Positions 12,382 to 23,468 of a stretch of DNA of 64,000 nucleotides are shown piece by piece. Below the pieces are notes generated by a model. The model had not been told where the DNA came from and made no database searches. It worked only from the letters and a program-made list of their open reading frames with translations. Position 1 is the stretch's first letter. Each line of letters begins with the position of its first letter. This DNA comes from Squalus acanthias. Its lineage: Eukaryota. The translations under genes and the position numbers were made by a program. The stretch covers positions 135,844,001 to 135,908,000 of the forward strand of contig CM059431.1 in the NCBI GenBank assembly GCA_030390025.1, in the 5' to 3' direction.

Positions 12382-14010
12382 TGTAAGGGGGCGTGTCTCA
12401 GACGGTGCTGGTGCGAGGTTAGGCCTTCGTTGCCTATACTATTGCTTGCTCTGGTCTCCGGCCAGCCTTTTTGCAATAAGCACCTGTGAGTGGTTCGACC
12501 CACTCGCCCTTACGGTTCTGACACCTGGACTTAGATGCAAGGAGCAGTAATGCAGAGAAAAACTCAAATAGACCCGGTTGAATAGTACGAAATGAAAATC
12601 TTTATTGCATGGCGTCTAGAATCATGAAATACATGTCATAGGCGCAAATCAAAGAGAGTACAAGTATACACACATTCATAAAACTTAGTCTATGGAAATG
12701 GAGAACACACGGCACATCGTAAAAAGGGGAACACATTATACCTTAACCTTATAAAAACCACCCTCCCTTAACAATACCTAAACTACGTCTGGATTTGTAG
12801 GATCGGAAAGCATGCTCACCACTCGTGTTACTTCGGAGATTTTAAAGTGAGGCACTCAGCTCGTTTCGCTGCAGCGCCTGACTGTCACGTGTTTGGAAGG
12901 GTTTCTGCACCCCACTTGTTTACTTTCACTGCTGCGAAAAGCAGGCCAGACTCTCTGTTGTCATGAAAAAATCGATGGACTCAAAACGTTTTAAAATTCA
13001 AAGAAGAGTCTTCCTGTGTTGCGGTACAGGTAGAATTCGGTAGAACTCAAAGGAAAGTTCTGTATTTATATTTTCGGGCGCGGTCGGGGTTTACTGACCG
13101 TGGCGGCACGTGGAATTTCTTCTCGTCTTCTTCTCGTCTCGTCTCCTCGGGCCTCCGGGTCCAGACACCGTTTACCAACACTCGGGATGGTGTACCCTGT
13201 TACTTGCCCTTGTCGGGGCGGCTCGTTCCGATTGAGCTCCACCCAACACTCGAATAATCGACCAGTACGGCTAAGAGTCAAGAGTCAACAAAGTCCAGAG
13301 AAACACAAGAGCCCACAAGTCAAGCGAGTTCAGCAAGAGGCAAGAGAATAAGAGAGATAAGAGAGCGATGGACATTTGTTCTCTATAGTTATAGTGATGT
13401 GTCCGCTTTATCTCCCGCTCAAATCTTAATGTTTATCCTTTGTGTAATATTGGCGCTCAAAACTCCCAGCATGGGGCGATTATCTTCTTAACGGGTTTCG
13501 GTAGCACCTGAAACTGGCCAAATATCCGTTAATGTCTTCCCCATTGTTGAACCAGCCAGGATGTGTATGAATCGTCTCCTCGACTGGTTTTGGGGCCCCC
13601 CCGAATACTGGCTTAATCACCCGTCAATGTCTCTCTCATTGTAGAGCCGGGGGGGTATTTGTGTATTGATGTGTCTGGATGGGCCTTCGATTGCCCAGTT
13701 CAATGATCCTTACTGTGCATAGGAAAACGATTCCAGCACTTATATCATTGCTATTGTTCAAAATGCAAACGGGTTGCATCCTGTCTTTATCAATGTTTAC
13801 CGAGTATGATCCAATCTTATACTGAATGTATATTCGACGCCATCTTGTCTGCCCACTGTGTTTCTGGAAGCTTCTGCCACGATGCGCGGCGGCCATTTTA
13901 CAGGCTTCTGTGTCCTTTATTATCAGGACAGCATTTCGTTTAATAAAACTGATCAATTGAATCTGCTTCTCTCATGTTATTTTGAATCGCGATAATTGCG
14001 AAACTCTACA
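12382..14010 (-). mobile_element. Solo LTR, 1629 bp (Gypsy or ERV)
   Basis: TGTA...TACA termini; 4-bp TSD CCAT (12378-12381 and 14011-14014); host LINE rejoins exactly; minus-strand AATAAA at 12601-12606 and TATA-like motif near 13383-13394. Confidence 0.85.
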
Positions 14011-14107
14011 CCATTGACTAGAAACTTAACTGGACCAGCCACATAATTACTGTGGCAACAAGAGCAGTTCAGAGGCTGGGTATTCTGCGGCGAGTGTCTC
14101 ACCTCCT

Positions 14108-14556
14108 GATTGAGGAGAGATTGGGTCGACTAGGCCTGTATTCACTAGACTTTAGAAGAATGAGAGGGGATCTCATTGAAACGTATAAAATTCTGACAGG
14201 GTTAGAGAGACTGGATGCAGGGAGGATGTTTCCCCTGGCTGGGGGGTCTAGAACGAGGGGTCACAGTCTCAGGATACAGGGTAGGACATTTAGGACTGAG
14301 ATGAGGAGAAATTTCTTCACTCAGAGGGTGGTGAACCTGTGGAATTCCCTACCAGAGAAGGCTGTGGAGGCCAAGTCACTGAATATATTTAAGAAGGAGA
14401 GAGATAGATTTCTAGACACCAAAGGCATCAAGGGGTATGGGGAGAGAGTGGGAATATGGTATTGAGATAGAGGATCACCCATGATCATATTGAATGGCGG
14501 AGCAGGCTTGAAGGGCTGAAAGGCCTACTCCTGCTCCTATTTTTCTATGTTTCTAT
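14108..14556 (+). mobile_element. CR1 LINE 3' end
   Basis: EERLGRLGLYSLDFRRMRGDLIE...GYGE plus the 3' stem-loop and TTTCTAT tail. Confidence 0.9.
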
Positions 14557-14607
14557 TCCCAAAAGCCTTTCCCACCATCTACAAGGCACAAGTCAGGAGT
14601 GTGATAG

Positions 14608-14804
14608 AATTTCACTGCTTGAAAGGGTGGTGGCAGCAGACTCAATCATGGCTTTCAAAAGGGAATTGGATAAGTATCTGAAGGAAATTTTTTTTGCAGG
14701 ACTACGGGGAGTGGGACTAGCTGAAGTGTTCTTGCAGAGAGCCGGCATGGGCTCGACGGGCTGAATGGCATCCATCTGTGCTGTAACCATTTTATGATTC
14801 TATG
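14608..14804 (+). mobile_element. Short CR1 3' end
   Basis: ORF2 C-terminus and ATTCTATG tail. Confidence 0.85.
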
Positions 14805-15414
14805 ATTGTACTCTCCACTTGCCTGGATGAGTGCAGCTCCAACAACACTCAAGAAGCTCGACAGCATCAGGACAAAGCAGCCCGCTTGATTGGCACCCCA
14901 TCCACCACATTAAACATTCACTCGTGGCTGCAGTGTGTACCATCTACAAGTTGCACTGCAGCAACTTGCCAAGGCTTCTTCGGCAGCGCCTCCCAAACCC
15001 ATGACCTCTACCAGCTGGAAGGACAAGGGCAGCAGGCATATGGGAACACCATCACCTGCAAATTCCCATCCAAGTTACACACCATCCTGACTTGGAAATA
15101 TATCACCATTCTTTCATCGTCGCTGGGTCAAAATACTGGAACTCGCTCCCTAACAGCACTGTGGGAGTACCTTCACCACACGGACTGCAGCGGTTCAAGA
15201 AGGTGGCTCACCACCACCTTCTCAAGGGCATTTAGGAATGGGCAATAAATGCTGGCATTACCAGCAACGCCCAAATCCCAGGAACGAATAAAAAGAACAG
15301 TCGCTGTCATAATTTTGTCATGTTCTGCTGTTGAGGTGGGTAAGAGAAAGTGACAATTGCAAAAAGTTCTACTGTGTGTTACAGGCCACCATTTTAACTA
15401 AATTCTTTCACTTA

Positions 15415-15640
15415 GGCTGGAATTTTCCTTACCTTGGCGGGTCCGGTGCGGCTGTGTCGGTGGCAGGTCGCGACCCCGTTGCTGGCTCCATCACGCTATA
15501 GAAAATGAACTTACTTTAATGGGGCATATTAAGTCTGCCTAGCGCATTACCCAGCCCAATGAGATGGAGTGGGTCTGGTGACGTCACTCATGGTTCGTTT
15601 TAAGCCAGGATCCTTAAAGGGACCCTGGCCGCATTAAATT
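15415..15640 (+). mobile_element. Harbinger family A left end
   Basis: GGCTGGAATTTTCCTTACCTTGGCGGGTCC matches the ends at 32678 and 31995. Confidence 0.7.
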
Positions 15641-16266
15641 TTAAGTTTAATCTAACATAGTGGGTGTTGAATCTTTACTGTACAATAATATAATAAATGT
15701 TATATATGAGTGACAAACAAATATTTAAATAATATCATTAAGTAACATGACTCCATCTACAAATACAATCAAGAACTTAATTAAAAATGTACATTAATTG
15801 GGAAGTTATTGCTGCTTTAATCACAAATCTATAGACTTTCGTCAGTAACTGGTACAAATAAAAGATGCGTGTGCATAGGTAATATATAGAATTAAGCAGA
15901 TTTTAAATATAATTGTAAAGGGGAGGATTTGCGATCTTATGCAAGTTCAGTGGAAGAGCTTCAGAATCCCTGACAAACAGTGTGCTTACAATGTGTTTCT
16001 GGGATTTCTGCAGCTCGTCCATTGAAGTTAACAATGGACAAGTGAGAGAACCATTGCAGAAATTCACCCTAAATTCTCAGACTGAAAAATTAAATTAGTC
16101 ATATTCAGGGACTGAAAGCAAATTGAACCAGTCGAATGTGTGATGAAATTGTTACGGTTGATGATTTGATACAACTTGTAACTGGACAATCACAGTACAC
16201 TGTGAGAAAAATCTGACCAAAAACAACACAAAAATTTATTTAAATGGTATATGTAATTTTTTATAG

Positions 16267-16354
16267 TGCAGATCAATTCACTGCAATTACTGTTGATTTG
16301 GAAGGCAACAGCCGAGAATGGCCAGTGAAAAATGTATTTCCCTCACCATCCAGG
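16267..16354 (+). CDS. Internal coding exon of an unidentified host gene (ADQFTAITVDLEGNSREWPVKNVFPSPSR)
   Basis: Unique sequence; acceptor TTTTTTATAG, donor AGG|GTAGCT; only one open frame; phase-compatible with the next exon. Confidence 0.6.
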
Positions 16355-16486
16355 GTAGCTCTTACTTACCCTTCAGGAATTTCTGAATGAACATTTACCA
16401 GTAGCTTTTCAAGTAGAACAGAATCTCCATCAATCTGTTAGCTGATGTAATCAACATGTTTTTATTTTGCTTTGTTATCCATGCAG

Positions 16487-16590
16487 TCAAGTCATCAGCT
16501 GGAGCAATGGCCACGGAACTCATGCCTCAGGTTGACAGACATGGTTCCCGAACTGCGTGAATCCCGTGACCGTGCAGGGAAATTTAAAAA
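16487..16590 (+). CDS. Internal coding exon of the same gene (SSHQLEQWPRNSCLRLTDMVPELRESRDRAGKFK)
   Basis: Pyrimidine tract plus CAG acceptor, donor AA|GTAAGG; the single open frame continues the upstream exon across a 132-nt intron. Confidence 0.65.
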
Positions 16591-16599
16591 GTAAGGGGA

Positions 16600-16815
16600 A
16601 AAAGGCTCTTAAGTGCTCGTAAAGTACCTCATAATGATTTCAATTGAGTCAGCCACCGCTGTAGGTTGGGTCAGCTCCATGATGACAGACGCGCCTGTGG
16701 GAAAGGCGCATAGGAGTGAGATGATAGCGGGTTCCCGACCTGCTGTCAAAAAAAACAACTTTCCTACCCAACCCGCCACCGATCGCGCCCGCTACCACCA
16801 CAGAAAATTCAGCCC
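16600..16815 (+). mobile_element. Harbinger family A right end
   Basis: Ends AAAATTCAGCCC; resembles 35050-35230. Confidence 0.65.
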
Positions 16816-17575
16816 TTTCTGTTTTCTGTCAAATACCTCATGTCATGTTGTTTTGTTGTAAGTAAATTAGGCAAATTTACTGTAAATAAATTATAGTATC
16901 AACTGAACAAATATATAGTCCTCAAAAAGTAGAACACATTGAATTTGTCATATCAGGGTTTTATAATGTAGCTTTACAGCCTTCACAGTTTTTTAAATAT
17001 TCATTTTATATTAAACATCTTCAAGAGGCATCTCAACATATGTATTTGGTTGTAGGTTTTGCATTCTAACCAAGCAACAGCCTTGGAGGCATCTACTATT
17101 TGGATTGCCCCTCCGTCCTGGTGGGGATGGGGGTGGGGGAGGGGACGGATGGTCGGGAAGGAAGTGCTTTGTAAAGAAAGTCAGCAGAACCGGCATGAAT
17201 GGTAAATGGTACATCTGTCTGTTTTCTCAAGACTTCTCTGAATTATCAAATAATAGCCTTTAAATTATAGCTTGGGATACAAGCATGTGAACATTTAATC
17301 TAAAGTTGTTTTCCCTCTTATTTTAGTGGACACGTTAGCCCTTTTAAAATGCTTCTGCTAAAATAGCAGAGACAGAGGGGGAATTTTAACACCCAAAAAC
17401 GGGTAGCATTGAGTTGGGTGGGAAGTTAAAATGTTAAAAATTTCAAATCTGCACCCAACCCGCCTCAAACACTAATACGATAGCAAAATACTGCGGATGC
17501 TGGAAATCCAAAATAACAACAGAAAACGCTGGAAAAACTCAGCAGGCCAGGCAGCATCCATGGAGAGAGAAACAG

Positions 17576-17612
17576 TGTTAACGTTTCAGGTCGAAGACCC
17601 TTTGTCAGAACT
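17576..17612 (-). ncRNA. Minimal hammerhead ribozyme motif with mutated core (CUGACAA)
   Basis: Minus strand AGTT CTGACAA AGGGTCTTCGACCT GAAACGTT AACA; G8 is changed to A. Confidence 0.6.
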
Positions 17613-18088
17613 GAGAAAAAAGCAGGAAATGAAACAGATGAAGTTGGAGGCTGGGGGAAGGAATAAAAGAACAAAAGGGGAGGTCTGTGAGGAGTAGAGA
17701 CATTAAGAGATGCTCAAGGCGAGACGAGATGGTAATAGGACAGGTTAAGAAACAAAGGATGGCTCAGAAGTGTGAAATGCGCTGGCAGAATGAAAGACAG
17801 CTGCCATGGGGGAGAGAGAAAAAAAAGGGAAAAGGCACAAACCAAAAGTGTGGATAAAAAATATATATATATATACAGGAAACTTTCGTTTATCCGGCAT
17901 CGACGGGACCGGCGTGGTGCCGGTTTATCGAAAGTACTGGATAACGGAGAGTTATATCTACCGAGGCTATTTTTAACCTAAAAGAATCAAGAAATGTGCA
18001 GTATACAGTATTTGATGCTTGATTAAGTACAGTACTGCCAGTTGAGGGTAATCCATAACTCTTTAATTACTTAACAGTAAAACAAAAC

Positions 18089-19897
18089 TTATAAACGACT
18101 GTCTACAGTACTGTAGTTGACTGTACACTTATTCTGAGTCATCTGGTTCATCAGAAATATCCGTATCCGTGCCAGCTGGGTCATCAGGATCACGCAGTTC
18201 CACCGATGCCACAGATTCTTCAGGCACTTCCGCTGCTGCGACTCTTTTGGAAGCTTTCTTAAACATGTTGCGGATGTCGGTTTGCTTAGTGGACTCTTGC
18301 CTTTTCTGGAGAAAGGTGGAATGCAGAATATGGAGTTGCATAACTTCTTGTGCAGTGTAGCAATTCTGCCTTTCAGCAAATTTGAGGATTGTAGAAAATC
18401 CGTCTGCAGCTTTAGCCCGAGAAATCTTCTCTTCTTCAGAAATCTCATCCTCTTCACTTTCCATCTCGCTTTCCTTTTCTTTGGATTCAAAACATTCTGA
18501 ATTATTTCATCATCACTTAGCATATGCACAACACCAACTTCTCTATCTGCATCAACCCACTGCTCGATATCACTTTCACTGAGGTGATGTAGAGGGTTTG
18601 CTGCGCCTGCATTTTTCACCATTCCAGCCATTTCCATTATTGTACTCTTCTTGGGACGAACACTGAACCCTTGAAATTCCTCCTCTGAAGAAGAACCTTC
18701 AGCAAACATTACAGAAGGCCACAATTTGTGCCAGGCTTGCCTCAGAGTGTGACCTTTCACCAATTTCCAGGAACATGCAACATTATAGATGGCATCTTTA
18801 ATATTGTATTCCTTCTGCAAATCTTGAATATTCTCATCTTGGCTTAGCAGTTTACGTAGGAAGTCTTTCTTGTAATGACACTTCAGATTTTGGATAACGC
18901 CCTGGTCCATGGGTTGGATGAGAGAAGTTACATTTGGTGGCAAATAAATGGTGAAAATATTTCCCGAAACCAACTGGGATTCATGCGGATGGGCTCTGCA
19001 ATTATCAAGCAATAAAATGCATTTGCTATCTTCAGGTTTCCCTATTCTGCGGAAATGTTCCTTCACAGATGGAACAAAAATATGATGGAACCAATCGGAG
19101 AAGATTTCCTTATCCATCCAAGCATTTTTTTGAGCTTTGTACTCAACAGGTAAGTGCCTCACATTTTTAAATGCACGGGGATTTTTATACTTCCCGATAA
19201 CAAGAAGTTTAACCCGGTGTGATCCAGCGGCGTTCGCACATGTTAGCACGGTTACACAATCTTTATTTTTCTTGTAACCTGAAGCATTAGCCTCACTAGC
19301 CCCAGCAAGCGTTGATTCTGGCAAAAACCTCCAAAACAAGCCAGTTTCATCGGCATTGTAGATCTGTGCTGGCGACAAATCATGTCGCTGCACAATCCGA
19401 TTGAAATAATCGCAGTATTCTTCTGCGGCTTCGTGATCAGCTGATTTCTTCTCCCCGGAAATATCGAGTCGTCGTATCCCGTGCCGTAACTTGAAGCACG
19501 TTAGCCATCCCTCGGAGAAAGCACACTTGGCAGTGAGCTCCATCCTATCGTAGAATTCCTTCGCTTTCTCGATGAGCATGGGTCCGGAAATTGGAACACC
19601 CTCTGAACGCTTAAGAGAAAACCATTCATAAAGCACGGTATCCAGCTCTTCAAGCTTAGGCTTACGAAGCGTACGCCGTTTCTCTACACTCTTGCATGTC
19701 TCCGAGCTTGAATAAAACTTGAGCAGCTTATCCTTCTGCGATTTGATGTCGTAGATTGTTGACGAACCGATTTTGAATTCATTCATAATGTTGATACGCT
19801 TCTCTCCCCTTTCTAGTCGTTGGCATATCTCGATTTTCTGTTTTAAAGTTAAGACCACTCTCTTCCTTTTGCTTGGACCAGCTTTTGGGAATTCCAT
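18089..19897 (-). CDS. pogo/Tigger (CENP-B/Jerky-like) DD32D transposase with a frameshifted C-terminus
   Basis: ATG at 19897 ([21 protein letters not shown]); CENP-B-type HTH domains; catalytic [16 protein letters not shown] (32-aa spacing). The native-looking acidic tail with KQTDIRNMF lies in another frame (18129-18464). Confidence 0.93.
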   Translation of the reverse strand: MEFPKAGPSKRKRVVLTLKQKIEICQRLERGEKRINIMNEFKIGSSTIYDIKSQKDKLLKFYSSSETCKSVEKRRTLRKPKLEELDTVLYEWFSLKRSEGVPISGPMLIEKAKEFYDRMELTAKCAFSEGWLTCFKLRHGIRRLDISGEKKSADHEAAEEYCDYFNRIVQRHDLSPAQIYNADETGLFWRFLPESTLAGASEANASGYKKNKDCVTVLTCANAAGSHRVKLLVIGKYKNPRAFKNVRHLPVEYKAQKNAWMDKEIFSDWFHHIFVPSVKEHFRRIGKPEDSKCILLLDNCRAHPHESQLVSGNIFTIYLPPNVTSLIQPMDQGVIQNLKCHYKKDFLRKLLSQDENIQDLQKEYNIKDAIYNVACSWKLVKGHTLRQAWHKLWPSVMFAEGSSSEEEFQGFSVRPKKSTIMEMAGMVKNAGAANPLHHLSESDIEQWVDADREVGVVHMLSDDEIIQNVLNPKKRKARWKVKRMRFLKKRRFLGLKLQTDFLQSSNLLKGRIATLHKKLCNSIFCIPPFSRKGKSPLSKPTSATCLRKLPKESQQRKCLKNLWHRWNCVILMTQLARIRIFLMNQMTQNKCTVNYSTVDSRL

Positions 19898-19936
19898 AAT
19901 GCAAGATGGAGGAGATAATTGCCGATGAAGATGGAA

Positions 19937-20120
19937 AGACACACAGAACAATGGTGGCTAGGAAGAGACTACCACCAGCGTGGCAGACACACAGCAAAAT
20001 GGTGTATCAGAAGAGACTACAGTACCAGCAGTGTGGGAGACACACAGCAAAATGGTGGATCAGAAGTGACTACCAGCATCGTGGGAGACACCCAGCAAAA
20101 TGGCCGATCAGAAGAGACTC
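19937..20120. repeat. Four imperfect tandem repeats of about 48 bp in the Tigger 5' region
   Basis: AGACACACAG-type anchor at 19937, 19985, 20038 and 20086. Confidence 0.85.
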
Positions 20121-20452
20121 CAGGCAGCGCGGGGGAATCAACTCCTGCTACTGCAATGTTTCGGACTTGCGACAGCGCCAGGAGGCCGAGTAGTGGCACT
20201 TTTGAAAAGTACCCCTACTGACTAAATCGGCGTTCGCGGACTCGGACTCGGACTCGGGATCGGCAACATTGCCGGTTATTTGAGAGGAGTTTTCGGAGCA
20301 CTCGGCGTTCGCGGAGACTCGACTGCAACTCGGCAACATTGCCAGTTATTTGAGAGGAGTTTTCGGAGGATGATTTTTGCCGGTTATGCGAGAATTCCGG
20401 ATATTTGGGTGCCGGATAAACGAAAGTTTCCTGTATGTGGTAGGGGCCGAGG

Positions 20453-20710
20453 TTATGATCTGAAATTGTTGAACTCGATATTGAGTCCGGAAGGCTGTAA
20501 AGTGCCTAATCGGAAGATGAGGTGCTGTTCCTCGAGCTTACGCTGAGCTTCCGTGGAACAATGCAAGAGGCCGAGGACGGTGAGGTCTGAGTGGGCGTGG
20601 AGCGGTGAATTAAAGTGACAGGCGACCAGAAGCTCGGGCTCACCCTTATGGACTGAACGGAGGTGTTCCGCAAAGCGGTCACCCAATCTGCGTTTGGTCT
20701 CCCCAATGTA
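20453..20710 (-). pseudogene. Penelope GIY-YIG endonuclease C-terminal fragment
   Basis: YIGETKRRLGDRFAEHLRSV...VACHFNS...EEQHLIFRLGTLQPSGLNIEF. Confidence 0.9.
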
Positions 20711-21025
20711 CCTAATTTACTTGTACTTCTTGCAATCTAGTATACTGTATTCGCTGCTCACCATGTGGTCTCCTCTACTATTTATCCACACTTTTGGTTT
20801 GTGCCTTTTCCTTTTTTTTCTCTCTCCCCCATGGCAGCTGTCTTTCATTCTGCCAGCGCATTTCACACTTCTGAGCCATCCTTTGTTTCTTAAACTGTCC
20901 TATTACCATCTCGTCTCGCCTTGAGCATCTCTTAATGTCTCTACTCCTCACAGACCTCCCCTTTTGTTCTTTTATTCCTTCCCCCAGCCTCCAACTTCAT
21001 CTGTTTCATTTCCTGCTTTTTTCTC

Positions 21026-21061
21026 AGTTCTGACGAAGGGTTTCGACCTGAAACATTAACT
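21026..21061 (+). ncRNA. Minimal hammerhead ribozyme motif in the inverted pLTR
   Basis: AGTT CTGACGA AGGGTTTCGACCT GAAACATT AACT; core intact, stem III palindrome decayed (AACGTT to AACATT). Confidence 0.65.
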
Positions 21062-21944
21062 CTGTTTCTCTCTCCACGGATGCTGCCTGGTTTGCTGAGT
21101 TTTTCCAGCGTTTTCTGTTGTTATTTCCGCCTCAAACACGACCACTTCCAGTTTTGATGGAGGCGGGATGAGGGACGAGCAGCCAATCAGCTCTCAGAAG
21201 GCGGGTCAGGTGGCAAAACCTTTTAAGGATGCTGCGCGTCTCCATTTTAATATGATTTCTATTTTTAACTACAGTCGGCTGGGTTTCCCTGGCCTCAGGA
21301 AACCCGGCAGGTAAAAGGAGCCAAGAAGGGCTGGATCCACCAGGTAAGTGCCTTTACAGCACTGCTTGTGGGCCAGGAATAGGAGGAAAAGTGTTTCCTC
21401 TCAGCCCAACAACTCCCGCTGCCACCCCGATGCGATCTGTCCGTCACCCTCCGCAATTCCCAATCCCCCCACAAGCTCCATCCCACGATCTCTCTGCTCC
21501 ACCCAATCTATCTGCTCCCTCCACAATCCCTCTGTTGCCCCCCCACAACCTCGCTGGTCCCCGCGATGTAAATGATCCCCCTTCCCGTGATCACCGACGC
21601 CGCCCCCCCCCGTGTCGCTCCGCTCCTTCCACAAGATCTAAACGCTCCCCTCACCGCCCGCAATCTCTGCCCACCACCACTACCTGCTCCGCGGCTGCAA
21701 TCTTGTGCCACAGGATTTACTGTCCTGTCAATCAGGCTGGCTGTGAGGTGGGAAACCTGGAGAAACAAATTAAAACACACCCTGGAGTTAAAACACGTAT
21801 CTCCTGGTTTCCCGACCATAACTCTTCCCTGCCCCAACCCCCACCTCTGAACTCGCGCCTCGGTAAATATCAGGGCTATAGTTTCAAACAACTGCATTGA
21901 GCATTAATGCCTTTCATCCCACTGTATATTTTTGAAGCCCATGA

Positions 21945-22475
21945 GATCAATTTTGACTTTTGGATGCCGCAGGTCACCAGAACTCGAGGCAAAGAGGCCC
22001 CTGGGATTTTGACGCCCGGCCACATTTGATTCGGGCTGGTGAGCTGCAGATGTCAAACAGGCATATCATATCAGCTTGCCAGCTTTGACCCACAGCAATG
22101 TCGGCCAGCAGATGCAGGTCCTGGGTGGGTGGAGGCATGGCCAAAGGGGACCCCGAGTCCCCATAGAAATAATTTCAAACTTACCTTTTTAGTGCCTCTA
22201 TAGTTTGCGGAACTGATCAGAGCATACATGGTGCAAGCTCTGACTAATTCAAATGGCAGTTGGAGTCCTATGTACATCATAGGGCCCTGGTTTGCATATT
22301 AAAAGGGGCCTGCCACCTGGATCAGGCAGGCGCTTTGGGTGCCAGCGGTAGGTCCCTTTCAGAATGATGCTAGCCGCATCATCGGGGTTAATGGGGGTGG
22401 TAAGGTTACCGGCCCTATTTTGAGGCTGTTGCCTCACATTAATGCTGATTTTGGGGAGTTAAAATCATACCACGG
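21945..22475. mobile_element. Old Harbinger-type MITE
   Basis: GC-rich block with AATTTT/AAAAT ends, TTTGCATATT motif and a minus-strand donor ACTTACC. Confidence 0.45.
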
Positions 22476-23243
22476 GCATTTTGGTTTTATAGCTTTCAAA
22501 TTCTATTTCTCAGTTTGTTTCTTCTTTAAATTAATTTTAGGGGTAGAATATTAATATAGAAATGATCTACAAACTTAAATCAAGAAGAACCCAAGGCTCA
22601 GTCAGTGAATACACTATGTGGTCTGGCACTGGGTCATATTCTCGCTGTTCTCACTTTTAAGTTTCCTGGGTTGCCATGAAAAATTCTTCACACTAAACAT
22701 TATGAAAAAAAAATATTACTAAGGATACTTAGTTCTTGAGTAAGACTCACCCTTTATATCATTTCAGAAATGATAAGTAGCTTCTGCATGGCTCAATGAC
22801 TTTATCCAATGAATAGCTGAGACAATCAGGAAGGTCCCAGATTCTTGGTCCGTACTGAGCTAGCAGATCTCAGTTAGGTTGATGAGGATTTGTGATTTGC
22901 TTCACTTCCTTAAGGTTAGGTAGTGGAAATTGGCCAGGTTCCCAACCTGATTATGATCCAGAAAGCCCTGTTGTAAGTGTACCGATGTGTGGACTTCCGG
23001 TGAGGACAGGGTCAGGTTTGGTTGGAATGCACCCTGTAATCAAACTGACTGCCAGCACTCACTGTCAAAACTTACACCAGAATAAAGAGTGAGGACAATT
23101 GGTGCTTGTATCGCCATATGTTGGCAGATAGAACATCCTCAGGAGCGGAGAAGAGGAAAAAAATCAATGATAAATATCCATCAAATTAAGTATGTCATTT
23201 ATAGCATGATATCTTGCAGAGGTCAAAGGGTTCTAGTTCCAGT

Positions 23244-23468
23244 AAGAAAGAAAGACTTGCACTTATATAGCGCCTTTCACGACCACCGGATGTCTCAGAG
23301 CACTTTACAGCCAATGAAGTACTATTTGAAGTGCAGTCACTGTTGTAATGTGGGAAACGCGGCAGCCAATTTGCGCACAGCAAGGCCCCACAAACAGCAA
23401 TGTGATAACGACCAGATAATCTGTTTTTGTTATGTTGGTTGAGGAATAAATATTGGCCAGGACACCAC
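23244..23468 (-). mobile_element. Deu-domain SINE (SacSINE1-like) 3' part
   Basis: AAAGACTTGCACTTATATAGCGCCTTTCACGACC...CACAAACAGCAATG; repeated at 35655, 37757, 47800 and 53843. Confidence 0.8.

Larger units (their letters stand above)
11729..15295 (+). mobile_element. Second LINE family (CR1/Jockey-group RT), split by an LTR and two CR1 3' ends
   Basis: AAGVPQGNILGP, MFADDC, ATRAVQRLGILRRV; A-rich 3' end GAATAAAAAG; same family as 56323-58455. Confidence 0.85.
17876..20433 (-). mobile_element. Full-length pogo/Tigger DNA transposon (2558 bp)
   Basis: Perfect 24-bp TIRs CAGGAAACTTTCGTTTATCCGGCA (17876-17899 and 20410-20433), TA on both flanks, transposase ORF inside. Confidence 0.97.
17473..21126 (-). 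mobile_element. Penelope-like retroelement, 5'-truncated, with inverted pseudo-LTRs
   Basis: GIY-YIG C-terminus; roughly 350-bp inverted repeat (17510-17858 versus 20781-21126); 13-bp TSD CCGCCTCAAACAC at 17460-17472 and 21127-21139. Confidence 0.92.
17377..21876. mobile_element. Harbinger-type MITE hosting the Penelope/Tigger nest (pieces 17377-17472 and 21127-21876)
   Basis: GGGGGAATTTT start and AAATATCAGGGC end; homologous in reverse to 40101-40786. Confidence 0.65.

Noticed and set aside
13066..13956. Accessory genes within the LTR (ORFs 13066, 13100, 13636)
   Set aside because: Short, with non-ATG starts and no recognisable motifs.
17056..17201. Extra coding exon with a G-rich tract or G-quadruplex
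   Set aside because: An open frame exists but the acceptor is weak and the peptide is low-complexity; I cannot support it without RNA data.
18465..18490. Programmed -1 ribosomal frameshift in the transposase
   Set aside because: No X_XXY_YYZ slippery heptamer in frame (CCA AAG AAA AGG); a 1-nt deletion or assembly error is simpler.
19937..20368. CRISPR-like array
   Set aside because: Repeats are tandem and imperfect without unique spacers, lie inside a eukaryotic transposon, and there are no cas genes.
17876..20433. Domesticated host TIGD/JRKL gene
   Set aside because: Perfect TIRs, a TA TSD and insertion inside a Penelope copy indicate a true transposon.
22775..23090. Old tRNA-like SINE (similar piece near 47640-47800)
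   Set aside because: Too decayed to assign a family or boundaries by eye.
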